A stretch of 64,000 bases of DNA from Azolla caroliniana (lineage: Eukaryota > Plantae > Polypodiophyta): positions 11,842,001 to 11,906,000 of the forward strand of contig JBHGNT010000016.1 in the NCBI GenBank assembly GCA_043228905.1, in the 5' to 3' direction. The notes below the pieces were generated by a model. That model did no database searches. It was given only the letters and a program-made list of their open reading frames with translations, and was not told the DNA's origin. Of the stretch, positions 25,260 through 38,782 are shown one piece after another. Numbering within the stretch: position 1 is the stretch's first letter; each line of letters opens with the position of its first letter. The position numbers were made by a program, and so were the translations under genes.

Positions 25260-27925
25260 TGTTATTCTCTGACCGGACAAGGCCTAACACAAGGTGTCAC
25301 AGAGACACTTCACCAAAGGGTGATTACGGCATAGGATTATGACTCAACGATTACACCGACTTAAGTAGGTTACACGATAGAGCGCTTTTGTTAATTACAC
25401 GCGTAAGATATAACAGTAAGTACAGAACGGAAATCAACACAGAAGTATAAACACCATACGCTCTATTAATTATCCGCTGCGATTACAATGGGGTCCGGGC
25501 CTTTAAATAGGTTTCCGGCCCGTAGTACAAAACGGTGCCTATCGCACCTATTCGGGATCCGTTCGGATCTGGAACGGCATACCGTTTCCAGTCCGTCCGT
25601 CCACACTATGCTTATTTACAACCATACTTAATTAATTCCTTCACTCCGTATTTTGGACTCCTTGCCGGCCGGTAACACATGGCACGCCCGTGGGACAGTA
25701 CCTTGTACGTCGAACCCTTCTCGGCCCCTTCATTGTTCACCCAAATTGTCCAAAATACTTTGTTCCAGAGTTTCCAATTGTTCTTCCAGTTGTGGTTGTT
25801 GCGGCTGTGCTTGCTGCTGCTGTTGTGGTTGCGGTTGGGACTGAGACTGCTCCGGCTGCTCTATAGGCGGCTGCTCCGTTTGTTTCTCTGAGTCCGGCAT
25901 CCCCGTTTGACTGCTTCCGGTCCGGTCTCCTTCCAGTAACAGTTCCTCATCACTGAGGTTGACCGTTACTGGTTCTCGTGCTTTCTCTTCCCGGATCCAG
26001 GACCTCTCGTAGCTTTCAAACTAGATCTGCGCCTCCAGCCTGTCGTCGTCCAGCTGAGCTACAAGTTGCCGGACTTGCCCTAGTTGGTCCTCTGCCAAGG
26101 CTTGAAAGTCTTCGGCCAGCTCATCTCTTATGCCGGTGAAGTCTTCGGAAGTCAGCATATAGCAATCATCTCCCTCCTTCCGCCGGTTCTCTACGTCGGC
26201 CCGGAGCAATTGGAGTTCTGCCGCGTTCGTGGCCCACTTGGTCCACCATTTGACGAAACCGTTGTCAATCAAGCTCTTGGTCTGGTTCAACCAGGCCCGC
26301 ATGATATCCTGGATGCGACTTGCTCCCATTTGCGCTCTACTTTCCACAACTTGTCGTTCCTCCTTCAACTGCTTGATGAGATTAGCCGTATCCTCCGCCT
26401 GCTCTCTGTAGCGCATCAGCTGCCCTTGATATGTTGTTTGCAGCCTCTGCAGTACCTCCGCCGCTCTTTCTTTTTCCGCCTGCTGTTGCCTGAGGAGCTC
26501 TGTCCGAACCTTCTCCGCATCTTCCAACCGTCTTCTGGTTTCCGCTTGTTCCTTAGCGTATGCCGTTGCGGTCCGATCAACTGCTTGCCGGAGCTCATCC
26601 GTCCGTTCCTTGTGCTCCGTTTGCAACCGTTTATACTCTCGATGCAAGTGCTCAAATTCCTCCGTTTTTTGTTTGAGCTTGCCGTTGATCTGGCGATGGT
26701 TCCGGTCCTCCCGGTCCTTTAGCTGCCGGAGTTCCTCTTTCAGGCGTTCTACTTCTGTTTCGGCGTTTCTCCGGAGCCTGTCCTTCTCTTGCAGCATTTT
26801 CTCCTTCTCCTCCTTGAGCCGGTCGTACGCTTGGTGGCCTTTTCGTAAGCTCTCCTCGGCCCGGCGTAGATTTTCAGCAGTCTTTTTGAGTTCTGCCTCC
26901 GCTGCCGTCTTCAACTCTCTTTCGCGGCTCCTCAGCGCTTCTTGGGCAGCTAGCTCATCCTTTAAGTCCGCAAGCTCTTGGGCTTGTGCCGCATTTCTCT
27001 CCTGAACGGTTTCCGTTGCCGGGGTCTGATTGCTATGTACAGGTTGATCTGACGCTTTATTCTGTACATTGCCCGGAGTCACCGGTGCTTGGACTTGTGT
27101 TGTCAAAGCCAATTGAGCCATTTCCCTTGTGACCCTGTCCAAGTCTTGTTCAAGGCTCCGGATTCTGGACCGGGCCGTCTCTAGATCTACGGTTGTGACG
27201 AGCAACCGTTCGTGGTGCGCTCTCTCCTCCGCCTCTATGTACTCGACCGCTCCGGCGATTTGCTCGCCTACCCACCGTAGCCACATGCTACTGGTGCCTT
27301 GCTGCTGTATTGGTCGGGTCGGCTCGTTCACTGTGGAATTGTCAGGACTGAGTGCCTGTATCTGCCGTTCTGGTTCTACTCCTTGGCCGCCGTGTGTGCT
27401 GGCTGGGCTCGCCGGCTGTTGAGTTCCGGTTCTCGCCGTCTCCGAAGCCGTTGGAATGACTTCTTGTATAGAAGTTGACAAGGCTGGTTCTATACGCACC
27501 GGTTCCGGTTCCTCCCTTGCGGTTTGCTCAGGTTGAGTTGGGGGCGTTTCTTCCTTTTGCGGGTCCGAACGCTCCCCCGCTGTCCCGGCGGTCCTACTTC
27601 TTGACCGTCGTTGGAGGTGCTCTACTGGCTCCTCCATTTCCTCTTCCTGGGTAACGGCATGTATCTGTGCCGTCAAGGGTTCCGGTTCCTTCTGTCCCGG
27701 TCGCCGTATGGTTATCTTAACGGGTAGGACCGGTGACACCTCCTCCGGTTCTGGGAGCCGTTTCTTCCCTTTCGTCGCCTTCGACGCCAGCAGCTGCTGT
27801 CGTTTGGACACGGGCTTCAAGGTGCTTCCTTCCGATAATCTTGGCCTCTTCTTTGGCTGAACGGTCTTGACCGACGGCACGAGCAATGTTATCCACTGAG
27901 CTACGGCATGCCACAGCTTCCGGCC

Positions 27926-30900
27926 TGTTAAACACAGTGCTCGGCCACAACCGAGGAATAGGATTAACTTACAGAAAACGGGAAATACAAAATGCATGAA
28001 GATAATGGGGAGAAGAGTACACAGGATATTTTACGTGGAAAACCCTAAGTGGGAAAAACCACGGGAGTCCTCAAACTCCAACTATCACTATAAACAGAGA
28101 TGTACAATGGTGAAGCTACAAGGCAACAACCTTGAGCTCACTGTCTTCGCCACAGGCGGCGGTAATACACTGAGGCAACGACCTCTTCGTCTCTCTCTCT
28201 CTCTCTCTCTCGGCTGCTCTCGCTTCGCTCCCTCTAAAAAGAAAAAACAGAAAATGAGCAACAACAACAAAACTGTTTGCCCTAAGTCATATTTATACAC
28301 ATATGACTTTCGGGCCATTTACAAATATGGCCTCAAGGACCCTTGGCAAACATATTCACAAATATGTCCCCGCATCCGGATTTCTCTCCGGGTACATTCG
28401 TCATCCGGCTCCGTAGCCGGGGTCTTCAACATCCGGATCCGGATTTCTCTCCGGGTACATTCGTCATCCGGCTCCGTAGCCGGGGTCTTCAACATCCGGA
28501 TCCGGAAACCGGGGTCTTCATCATCCGGCTCCGTAGCCGGGGTCTTCTTCATCCGGTTCCGTAGCCGGGGTCTTCATCATCCGGCTTCATGCCGGGTACT
28601 CTTCATCCTCCGGTTCCGTAACCGCAACCGGGCTTGCCGTCATTCATTTCCGGACATCCCATCCGGAGGGACCGAAATCCCAACAAACTCCCCCTTCACT
28701 TCGGCATGGGATGTCTTTCCAGTCCGACCTTCTTCCGGCACGCTTCCAGCTTGTCGGGTGTGAGCACTTTGGTCAGCATGTCTGACCCGTTCTCGTCCGT
28801 GTGGATCTTCGTCAGCACGAACTCCTGGTCTTCTATCCTTTCCCGGATCCAGTGATATCTTCGCTGGATGTGCTTCGTCCGGGAGTGATAGGCCGCGTTC
28901 TTCGCAAGGTGGATGGCACTCTGACTGTCGCAGTAGAGTCGGTACTCCTCCTGCCGGATACCGAGCTCTCTAATGAAGTCCTTCATCCATATTATTTCCT
29001 TGCCGGCTTCAACAACCGCCATGTACTCCGCCTCCGTGGTTGACAATGCAACCGTCTTCTGCAGCCTCGACTGCCATGAAACAGCTCCCCCTGCATACGT
29101 CATCACATACCCAGATGTGGACCGGCTGGTATCTGCATCAGCCGACATATCCGAATCGGTAAAGCCATCGAGTTCAGACTTACAGGAGCCGAATCGGAGG
29201 CACACGTTTGCCGTGCCCTTCAGGTATCGGAGTATCCACTTGACCGCGTTCCAGTGCTCTTTGCCGGGATTGCTCATGTACCGGCTCACCACTCCGACTG
29301 CATATCCTATGTCCGGTCTTGTACACACCATTGCGTACATCAAGCTTACGACGGCGGAGGCATATGGCACTTTCATCATGTCCTCCTTCTCAGCCTTTGT
29401 CTTGGGGCTTTGCTTGCTGGACAACTTGCAGTTTGCCGGGAGGGTTGACCCGACCGGTCTTGCTTCCGACATGTTGAACCGGTGAAGCACCTTTGTCACA
29501 TACTTCTCCTGTGACAGCCACAACTGCTTCTTCTTCCGGTCCCGGATGATGTGCATCCCTAGTATTTGCCTCGCCGGACCCAGGTCCTTCATTGAGAAGG
29601 TTCGGTGAAGCGCTTTCTTCAGCATCCGTATCTTGACCTGGTCCCGTCCGACGATCAACATGTCGTCCACGTACAGGAGGAGTATCAGAGAGTCTCCTCC
29701 TTCGAACTTCTTCACAAACACGCAGTGATCGGACTGCGTTTTGTGGTACCCTTCGTCGGTCATGAAGGAGTCGAACTTCCGGTACCATTGCCGGGGAGCC
29801 TGCTTCAGTCCGTAAAGGCTCTTCTTCAACCGGCATACCAAGTGCTCCTTCCCTTTCTTCTCGAATCCTTCCGGTTGCTGCATGTAGATCTCTTCTTCGA
29901 GGTCACCGTGAAGGAATGCCGTCTTCACGTCCATCTGTTCTACCTCGAGGTCCATGCTTGCCGCTATGCTCAGCACCGTCCGGATGGAGGTCATCTTCAC
30001 TACCGGGGCAAATATCTCGTCGAAGTCGACGCCCTTCTTCTGCTGGAACCCCTTCACCACGATCCTGGCTTTGTATCTCGGGGGGTTTCCGGCATCTCCC
30101 GGTTTCAGCTTGAACACCCACTTGTTTCGAAGTGCCCGCTTTCCTTTCGGCAACTCCACAAGTTCATATGTGTGGTTCTCGTGCAGGGAATCCATCTCCT
30201 CCTGCATGGCACTTAACCACCTGCGGCTATGGGTGTCAAGCTTTGCTTCTTCAAAACTCTCCGGCTCCCCCTCGTTGGTCAGCAGCACGTGCTCTGGTTC
30301 CGGAAATCTCCGCGGGGCCCTTCTCTCTCTTAGAGGATATCTCCGTTCCGGAGCTTCGGTAACCGGCTCCTCCGTTTCTTCTTCATCCGAATCCATTTCG
30401 GGATCGAGGCCGGTTCCGGTATCAGTTTCATCTTCCTCGGCCGGTTCTATTTCTTCACTGTCTTCGGCCGGATTCTCGAGTGCTAACCGGTCCCTTGCCG
30501 GTCGGGACTGCTCCTCGTAGAGTTGATCCTCACCGGTCGACTTGGAGCTCTTCATCTTCTTCTCCGACTCCCAGTCGGCGAGTGTCTTGTCCTCCATGAA
30601 GATGATATCACGACTCCAGAATATCTTTTTGTCGACCGGGTCCCATACTCGGTAGCCGAACTCGTCATCGCCGTAACCGAGGAATATGCATGGCCGGGTC
30701 TTTGGATCTAGCTTTCCTCTCCGGTCCTTTGCCACATGCACATATGCGAGACACCCGAACACCTTCAGATGCCGGTAGGATACTTCCCTACCGGTCCACA
30801 CTCTCTGCGGCGTGTCTCCATCCAGGGGTACTGAGGGTGATCTATTTATCACATATGTCGCCGTCGACATTGCCTCAGCCCAAAATCCCTTGGGTAATTT

Positions 30901-33485
30901 CGCATGTGTTAGCATACTCCGGACCCTCTCCATTATGGTCCGGTTCATCCTCTCGGCCAGCCCGTTCAGTTCCGGCGTCTTCGGCACAGTAAACTCGAGC
31001 CGGATTCCCATCGAACGGCAATACTCCTCAAATTGCCCTCGGTATTCTCCTCCGTTATCCGCTCGTAGTGCTTTCAGCTTCTTGCCGGATTCTCTTTCCA
31101 TTCTCGCGTGGAGTTCTTTGAAGACGGACAATACTTGGTCCTTTGTCTTCAACGGTGCCGTCCACAGCTTCCGGCTATGGTCATCTATGAATGTTACGAA
31201 GTACTGGGCTCCGCCATGTGACTTCATTTCTACTTGACACACGTCAGTGTGCACCAACTCCAATGGTGCGCTACGTCTCGTCGGTGGCCTTGAGTGGAAG
31301 GAGGTTCGGTTCTGCTTACCGGCTAGGCAATCGGTGCACTTCTCCAGGTGCACATGCTTCACTGGAATAAGGTTGTCTTCTGCAAGCCTCTTCATCCCCT
31401 TCTCGCTCATGTGGCACAGTCTCTTGTGCCATAGCTCACCGGCAGTGTCAGCTGCCACGTTCAGCTCCTCCGGACATAGCCGGGCATTCATCAGGTACAG
31501 CGTGTTGACCTTCCGGGCCCGAGCCACTATCAGGCTCCCTTTGCTGAACTTCATGACACCGTTCCGGATGCCACCCGTGTAGCCTCCCGGCCGAAATCAG
31601 GTTCAATCGAACCTCCGGAACGTGTCGGACATCCTTCAGCAGCATCTTGCATCCGGTTGATGTCATCAGCCACACGTCTCCTATGCCGGCAATCCGGCAT
31701 GTACCTTCATTTCCCATCCGGACACAGCCGTGCTCACCGGCTGTGTAGGATGAGAAGTATTTCTTCTCCGGGGTCAGGTGGAATGACGCTCCGGAATCGA
31801 CCACCCAGGTCATCTCTTCACCGGCAAGGTTCAGCTCCCTCTCTTCGGTAATGAGCATTATCTCTTCTTCACTTGCCGCGAGTGCCGTCGTTCCTTTCCG
31901 GTCCTGCCCTCGCCGATCCGGACCTCTCCGGTCCGTGGCTCCCCGGTATGCACCGTTTCGCTCCGGTGACTTCTTCGAATCGGTGTCGTCGGCTCCGTTG
32001 TCTTTTCGGTAATGCCGACAGTTCTTCCGGAAGTGCCCCGGCTTCCCACAGTGGAAGCATGTGGGCCTTCCTCTTGACTGCGACCGGGTCCCCGACTTCT
32101 CCCGTCTTTGCGGACTCCGGTTCCGTTGTCTTCCCCGTTCCGATTCGGTAAGCAGCGCCTTCGAGTCGGAGGCCGGTTCTTTATCTCTCCGACGCGCTTC
32201 TTCGTTCAAAATGCTTGTCTTTACCGTTTGTAAGGACAAGTTATCTTCGGTGCAGGAGGTGCTGAGAGTCACCACCAAGTTCTCCCAGCTTTCCGGCAAT
32301 GTACACATCAAGATGATGGCTTGCATTGCATCCTCCAACGGGAACTTGATCGCCGCAAGCTGGTTCACGAATCCCATGAACGTGCTTACGTGTTCCACCA
32401 TGCTCTCGCCGTCCCGGTACTTGAGGTTCACTATCTTCCTCATCAGGGAGGTCCGGTTCAACGCATTCTTCCTCTCGTAGAGGCCCGACAGCTTCCGCCA
32501 CATCTCATAGGCGTTCGTATCGTTCGCCACATGTTGCAGGACACTTACATCGACATATTGCCAGATCGTCGCTACGGCTTTCCGGTTCAGGAGCTTCCAC
32601 TCCGACTCTATTACCCCCTTGGGTATCTCGGCATTGTCTATCGGTTCGTACAGGTCTCGAACGATGAGAAGGTCTTCCATCTTTATCTTCCAGTCGGCGT
32701 AGTTCTGTGAGTTCAACACCATCATGCCCGGAGGCCCACTACCGCCGCCTTCCATTTTCTGTGTTACCGTCGCTCTGATACCACTTTGTTAAACACAGTG
32801 CTTGGCCACAACCGAGGAATAGGATTAACTTACAGAAAACGGGAAATACAAAATGCACGAAGATAATGGGGAGAAGAGTACACAGGATATTTTACGTGGA
32901 AAACCCTAAGTGGGAAAAACCACGGGAGTCCTCAAACTCCAACTATCACTATAAACAGAGATGTACAATGGTGAAGCTACAAGGCAACAACCTTGAGCTC
33001 ACTGTCTTCGCCACAGGCGGCGGTAATACACTGAGGCAACGACCTCTTCGTCTCTCTCTCTCTCTCTCTCTCTCGGCTGCTCTCACTTCGCTCCTTCTAA
33101 AAAGAAAAAACAGAAAATGAGCAACAACAACAAAACTGTTTGCCCTAAGTCATATTTATACACATATGACTTTCGGGCCATTTACAAATATGGCCTCAAG
33201 GACCCTTGGCAAACATATTCACAAATATGTCCCCGCATTCGGATTTCTCTCCGGGTACATTCGTCATCCGGCTCCGTAGCTGGGGTCTTCAACATCCGGA
33301 TCCGGAAACCGGGGTCTTCATCATCCGGCTCCGTAGCCGGGGTCTTCTTCATCCGGTTCCGTAGCCGGGGTCTTCATCATCCGGCTTCATGCCGGGTACT
33401 CTTCATCCTCCGGTTCCGTAACCGCAACCGGGCTTGCCGTCATTCATTTCCGGACATCCCATCCGGAGGGACCGAAATCCCAACA
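27926..33485 (-). mobile_element. Full-length young Tnt1/Tork-like Copia C
   Basis: LTRs 27926-28685 and 32787-33485, TSD CGGCC, iMet PBS 32772-32783, PPT 28686-28697. Confidence 0.96.
28696..32755 (-). pseudogene. pol: Copia C gag-pol, intact except one frameshifting deletion near 31580
   Basis: ORFs 31448-32755 (Gag, CCHC, WVVDSGAS) and 28696-31554 (INT, RT YVDD, RNase H). Confidence 0.93.
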
Positions 33486-34289
33486 CGGCCCTCCTTGCCG
33501 TCCTTTCCTCGTACCATGTCGATTGCCGCGCACTAACCGTCTGCAATCAACACCGGCCAATCCACCTTGATCCCTTCATAGGTGGCTATGAACATCCCTG
33601 CCCGATTTTTTGGCATGACAGGGGGTCGGGGGTACACGTGGCCGTAATCATGGAGCACTCGAGCTATCTCCCTGAATAGCGGATCTTCGCCGCCCTGCGT
33701 TCGATAGCCTTTGCCAGCTAGAGAGTACTCACCGAAATATCGGATGAGTTGCTCCGAGGTTGGGTTATCGATCTGAAAAATACCTCCCTCCGGAAGGCCT
33801 GTTAGCGCACGGATCGCTTCCTCGGTGATGACTTCTGTGTCGAGCTCCTTGATGACCCGGTCGGCTTCTTTGTGCGGTGGTGCCTCCATGATGGTCAGGA
33901 ACCCATCCAGTCTGTGTTGCCTGAGCCATTTCCTGGCCGCTTCCGACAGCGTTTGTGGGTCCATGTCTGCTTCGAGGTCGAGGAAAGATGGCGAGGTAGA
34001 GTGGTGATGAGAGTGAGAGCGAGAGAGAGAGAGTTCCGAACGTAGGGGTTCTCTAAGTGCAGGTTCGCGTCTGATAAGCTTCCATTGCCTTGGTGCTTCT
34101 GTGCTTCTTGGCTCGCGAAATGAAAAGGTCTCCATGCGTTCTGCTTTTTCTCTGTGTGTCTTGGCGCCCTTTCCGAGCATGCGCACGTCGTGTACCAATT
34201 TAGTATTAAGTAACGTGGCGGCTCTTAAATGCCCACTACGTACCTTTTCGCTCCTTGCTTTCACGTCCGTTCATACCTCGATTTTTAAT

Positions 34290-34320
<31 letters not shown>

Positions 34321-34334
34321 GACGGTATGTGATC

Positions 34335-37300
34335 TTACACATCCGTAGGTCCCTTCGGACCCTTACCGTTTTCCTTACGGGTTGCCGTGTCTTCCTTCGC
34401 CTCTGCTACGGGTTCCCCGTCGTCTTTTTCTTCCATCCGTACCGTTCCTGGACAGGTTCCCGGTATAGTGCCGGTGGGCTGCATAAACGGGTTACTTGGC
34501 ATCGGTCCTTTATAGGGCTTTAGTCTAAATCCGTTGACCCACTTGCCTAGCACTTCACCGGCAAGTGTCCCTAACTGATAGGACCCGTTGTATTCCCGTG
34601 TCAGCCAATACGGGCCTGTCCATCTAAACCGGAGTTTACCCGGCATCTTGCCCATCCTCGTTTGGAATACTAGCACCGGCTTTCCGATTTCGAACATCTT
34701 CTCATTACCTTTCCGGTGACGGTCAACGAACGCTTTCCGTCGTCGTTGCTCCAGTTCCATGTGTAGGATGTTGGCCAGCCGTTGCTCCTCCAGTTCGCAT
34801 AGTGCTGCTAGCCGCATTTCCTCCGACTCCTTTTCATTCAGCCGTTCCCGTAGTTGGATCCGTAAGCTTGGTACCTGAAATTCCACCGGCATGACCGCCT
34901 CTAAGCCGAACGCTAACCAGAACGGCGTTGTCCGGATACTTGTTTTGTATGCCGTTCGGTACGCCCATAGCGCGCTATGGAGCTTTGTATCCCAGTCTGT
35001 TCGGTTTTCATTGACGATTTTGCGGAGAATGTTCTGGAGCGTTTTGTTGGTTGACTCTGCTAACCCGTTCGCTTGTGGGTAGTACGGTGTGCTCCGTTTA
35101 TGGACCACGGCATAGAACGTTGTTAAGCTTTCAACTACCTGGCCGAGGAAGTACCCTCCTTGGTCGCTGATTAATTCAATCGGACATCCATATCGGCACC
35201 AAATGTTCTCGTATAGGAATTTTGCTGTGGATGACGCGGTGTTGTCTCTCAAGGCCTTAGCCTCCACCCATTTAGTGCAATAATCTGTTGCCACGATGAC
35301 ATAACGATTACCCGTTCTCATTGCCGGTGGCTTGAACGGTCCGACAAAATCCAACCCCCACTTCTGGAATGGCTCTAGTGGAAGTACCGGTTGGTGTGGC
35401 ATCCGTGCTTGCTCCGTAGGCTGGCCCATTCGTTGGCATAGGTCACATTCCTTAGCGTACTTGACGGCGTCTTTTAACGTCGTGGGCCACCATAAGCCGC
35501 TCTGCCATACTTTCCTTGCCGTCGCTTCCCCGGCATAGTGTCCTCCGGCAACCCCACAGTGTGCTTCCCGTAAGATTACTTGTTTCTCGTCACTACGGAC
35601 TGCCCGTCTCCATATTCCATCTGCTCCCTTGTGGTAGAGAGTGTCCCGTAACAGACAGAAATTGCGGCTCTGCACCGCCAGTCGTTTCCTCTCGTCCCGG
35701 TTCATTTCCTCCGGTGGCAGGCCCGTGCTTAGGAACTGGTGCATGTTTGTCAGCCACCTATCTTCTGATGCCACCGTGTCGTCCGCTGCCGTTTCCGGGG
35801 TGATACGGAATAACTCTGCGTCCGGGAATTCATCCGATACTCCGTCGCCTGATTCTCCGGACTCTAACCGGCTCAGGTAGTCTGCTACGACATGCTGGAT
35901 ACTGGGCCGGTGGAAGATCTCGAATTCGAACTCTTGCAACAGCAAGGTCCAACGGGCCAACTTACCAGTCAGGGACGCCTTGGACACTAAGTACAGGAGC
36001 GCCGAGTGATCCACATGAAAGGAGAACTTCCTTCCCAATAGGTAATGACGAAACTTTGTTACACTGTAGATCATGCCCAGGGCCTCCTGTTCCGTAGTTG
36101 AATAGTTCTTCTCCGCTTGGGACAGCTTCCGGCTGGCGTAATATACCGGCCGGTACCATTTAGGCTCCGTAAGTTGCATTAAGGCGCTGCCGATAGCGAT
36201 GTCGGAAGCGTCCACGAACACATGAAATTCCTTGCTCCAATCCGGAGGCTGCACGACGGGTGCTTGCGACAAAAGTACCTTCAGGGCATTGTATGCCTTA
36301 TCCTCCGTATCCGTCCATTGGAACGGTGTCCGATGTACCGCGGTGTGTAATGGTGTAGCCAAGTCAGCCAAGTGACGGAGCATCCGGCTGTGCCACCGGA
36401 TCTGTCCTAAGAATCGGCTTAGTGCTTTGGCCGTTTTCGGCGCCGGTGCCCCTAGTATCGCGTTTACTTTGTCCGGGTCGACCGCAATGCCCTCCTTACT
36501 TACAATGTGTCCCAGTAAGATTCCACTTGAAACCCCAAAGGTGCATTTTGCTGGGTTTAAGCTTAGCCGGTATAACCTACACTTTTCAAGGCATAACCGT
36601 AGGTGCTGCAAATGGTCTTTTTCCCGGCTATAGACTGCAAAGTCATCCAGGAAAACCTGCATGAAGGCTGGAATGTATTCGCCGAAGATCTCCATGATGA
36701 TTCGCTGGAAAGTTGCTGGTGCCGTTTTTAGTCCGAACATCATTACTACGGCCACAAACACCCCCCATTCGGTGACGAACGCTGTCTTCTCCTGGTCGTC
36801 AGGGTGCATCCGGATTTGATTGTATCCGCTGAACCCGTCTAAAAAGTTATAAACTTCATGGCCGGCGACGGCATCCAGTACTCCATCCGTGAACGGAAGA
36901 GGGAATGCATCCGTAATTGTGGCTGCATTTAGTTTCCTGTAATCTACACACACGCGGATTTTACCGTTCTTCTTTGGGACGACGACGATGGGGCTCAGCC
37001 ACGTCGCTTTCTTTACCGGCCGGATGAAGCCCACTCTTAGGAGTTTGTCGATTTCCTCCTTCACTTTGGCGGCGTAGTTGGGGTTCATTCGGTAACGTCT
37101 TTGCGCCACTGGTTTCGCGTCCTTGCCTAAGTGGATCTGATGCTGATATAATTGAGGGTCCAGCCCTCGCATGTCTTCGTATGACCAGGCGAATACGTCG
37201 CGAAACTCCGTGAGAAGTTTGATCATCGCCGCTTTATCTTCCGGCTTCATTTCTTTGGCGATGTGTACCGGCTTTGATTCGTCCTTGCTTCCTAGGTTCA

Positions 37301-38452
37301 CTTCGTCGAGCTGGGATGTTTTTACCCGTTGGGAAACGGCCATTTCCCGTTCCAACGCTTCCTGTGCTTGCCGTAATTCCCGAATCGAATCTTTGTCTGG
37401 TTCGGCTTCGGTTTCATCCCGCTGCGGCAAGTATGGCGCTACGGCTTCAGCTACATCAATCTCGAAGAGTGGTACGATCTTCGGGTGTTCCTCCAAGTAC
37501 TGGGCTTCTTCGTCGTCTGCCAACCCTTCAAGCATGTTCACGCATTCCGCATACAGCGGTGTGCATTCCTTACCGTTGCTCGTCCGTGGTTGTGTCGGTA
37601 CCCGGACCTTGGCTTTTCCGCGCCGGAAGGTAATCATATTTTTCCGCCAATTTTGCTTGATGTGTGCTGTTTTCAACCATGGTCTGCCCAGCAATAGTGG
37701 GTACGCGCCTTGCGCCTGTAGCTGCAGCACTACAGCCGAGATGTGAAATGTGTGACCTCCTATGGTGACTTCCAATTTCCGTATTAAGCCCGTCGGCCGT
37801 ACAGAGCTCGTATCCGCCATCCGTAGCCAGAACGGACATGGCTCCCATTCATGTATACCCAAGGCATCACACGTGCGGAGGCTTATTACGTTCACCCCGG
37901 AACCTCCATCGATTACTGTGCCGGGAAGTTCGTGCCCTTTGACAATAGCTGTAATCACCGGACTACTAGTGTCCACCACCGTCGGTCCCTCCTCCGGATT
38001 CGAGAAGAGGACTGGTGCCGGTGGGGCTATACCGTCTGTCATGACCGTTTTTAGTCCTTCCGTAAATCGCGGCACGAGCTGCAAGAGTCTTCCTAATGGC
38101 AACGTGATCTGACATTCTTGCAGTGCTTGCCATGTCTCGTTTTCTGCGTGGCTACCGCCGGCACTCCCTATGGTATTCGCCTTTTTCCGTTCCGCGTCCG
38201 CGACGTTCCTTTCATTGGCTTCCTTCACCCATTCCGTCGCCTGTTTTCGTATGGCCTCTTGTGTTTCCCACTCTTTGGCCATGCCTTTCGACCGTGTGGT
38301 TACTTGTTGTACATCCACCACTTCCGGAACCACCATATTAACTGCTGGTCGTTTATCGTAGCTCTTTGCCGGGCACTAGTTACTGTAGTGGCCTTCCTGC
38401 CTGCAGTAATAGCAGTAGTCTTTACGGGTATTGCTGGATTCAGCATTGCTGG
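34335..38452 (-). CDS. pol: G3 Pol (protease, RT, RNase H, integrase); no aRH and no chromodomain
   Basis: 1333-aa ORF with VIDGGSG, FLDD, VFVDASD, HCGVAGGH..C..C, WGLDFVGP. Confidence 0.93.
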
Positions 38453-38761
38453 TGTCAGGAATCAGTAGTAAGACGGAGACGGAATTAGTACTAAACGAAG
38501 GATTAGTACTACAGAGAAGGGATTAGTACTAAACGAAGGATTAGTACTATGAGGGGTGTAGAACTTCTTGAGAGAGAAGGAAGAAGTGAGCGAGACAGAG
38601 AGACAGAGAGAGAGAGAGAGAGAGAGTAATGATGAGAGAAATATATGTATTATGTGAAGAGAATGTACAACTGTGGCTAGAAGGCTTAAGACTGGCGTTG
38701 AACCAATTTGGTTCAACATAACGCCTAGTGCCCTCTTTTATAGTATTTCTAAGAGTAATCC

Positions 38762-38782
38762 TGAAGCTTCTAGAATGTTCCA
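38762..38782. promoter_or_regulatory. Heat-shock element upstream of the LTR TATA box (also ~42570, ~48949, ~55285)
   Basis: tGAAgcTTCtaGAAtgTTCc, four alternating nGAAn units. Confidence 0.7.

Larger units (their letters stand above)
25730..33964 (-). pseudogene. G3 accessory ORF (~890 codons): N-terminal globular domain, long coiled coil, Q/P-rich tail; split by Copia C
   Basis: 33964-33491 joins 27925-25730 in frame after removing C and one TSD; in-frame TAGs at 33533 and 26021; homologue at 60994-63130. Confidence 0.8.

Noticed and set aside
26021-27997. Host SMC/myosin-like gene as given by the ORF track
   Set aside because: Its first ~24 codons come from the Copia C LTR; the rest is the G3 accessory ORF, colinear in G4
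25730-33964. Retroviral-type envelope gene
   Set aside because: No signal peptide or transmembrane segment is visible; the protein is hydrophilic coiled coil
34293-34320. Poly(A) tail of a LINE, SINE or retrocopy
   Set aside because: No TSD or element body; an A-rich tract occupies the same position in G4
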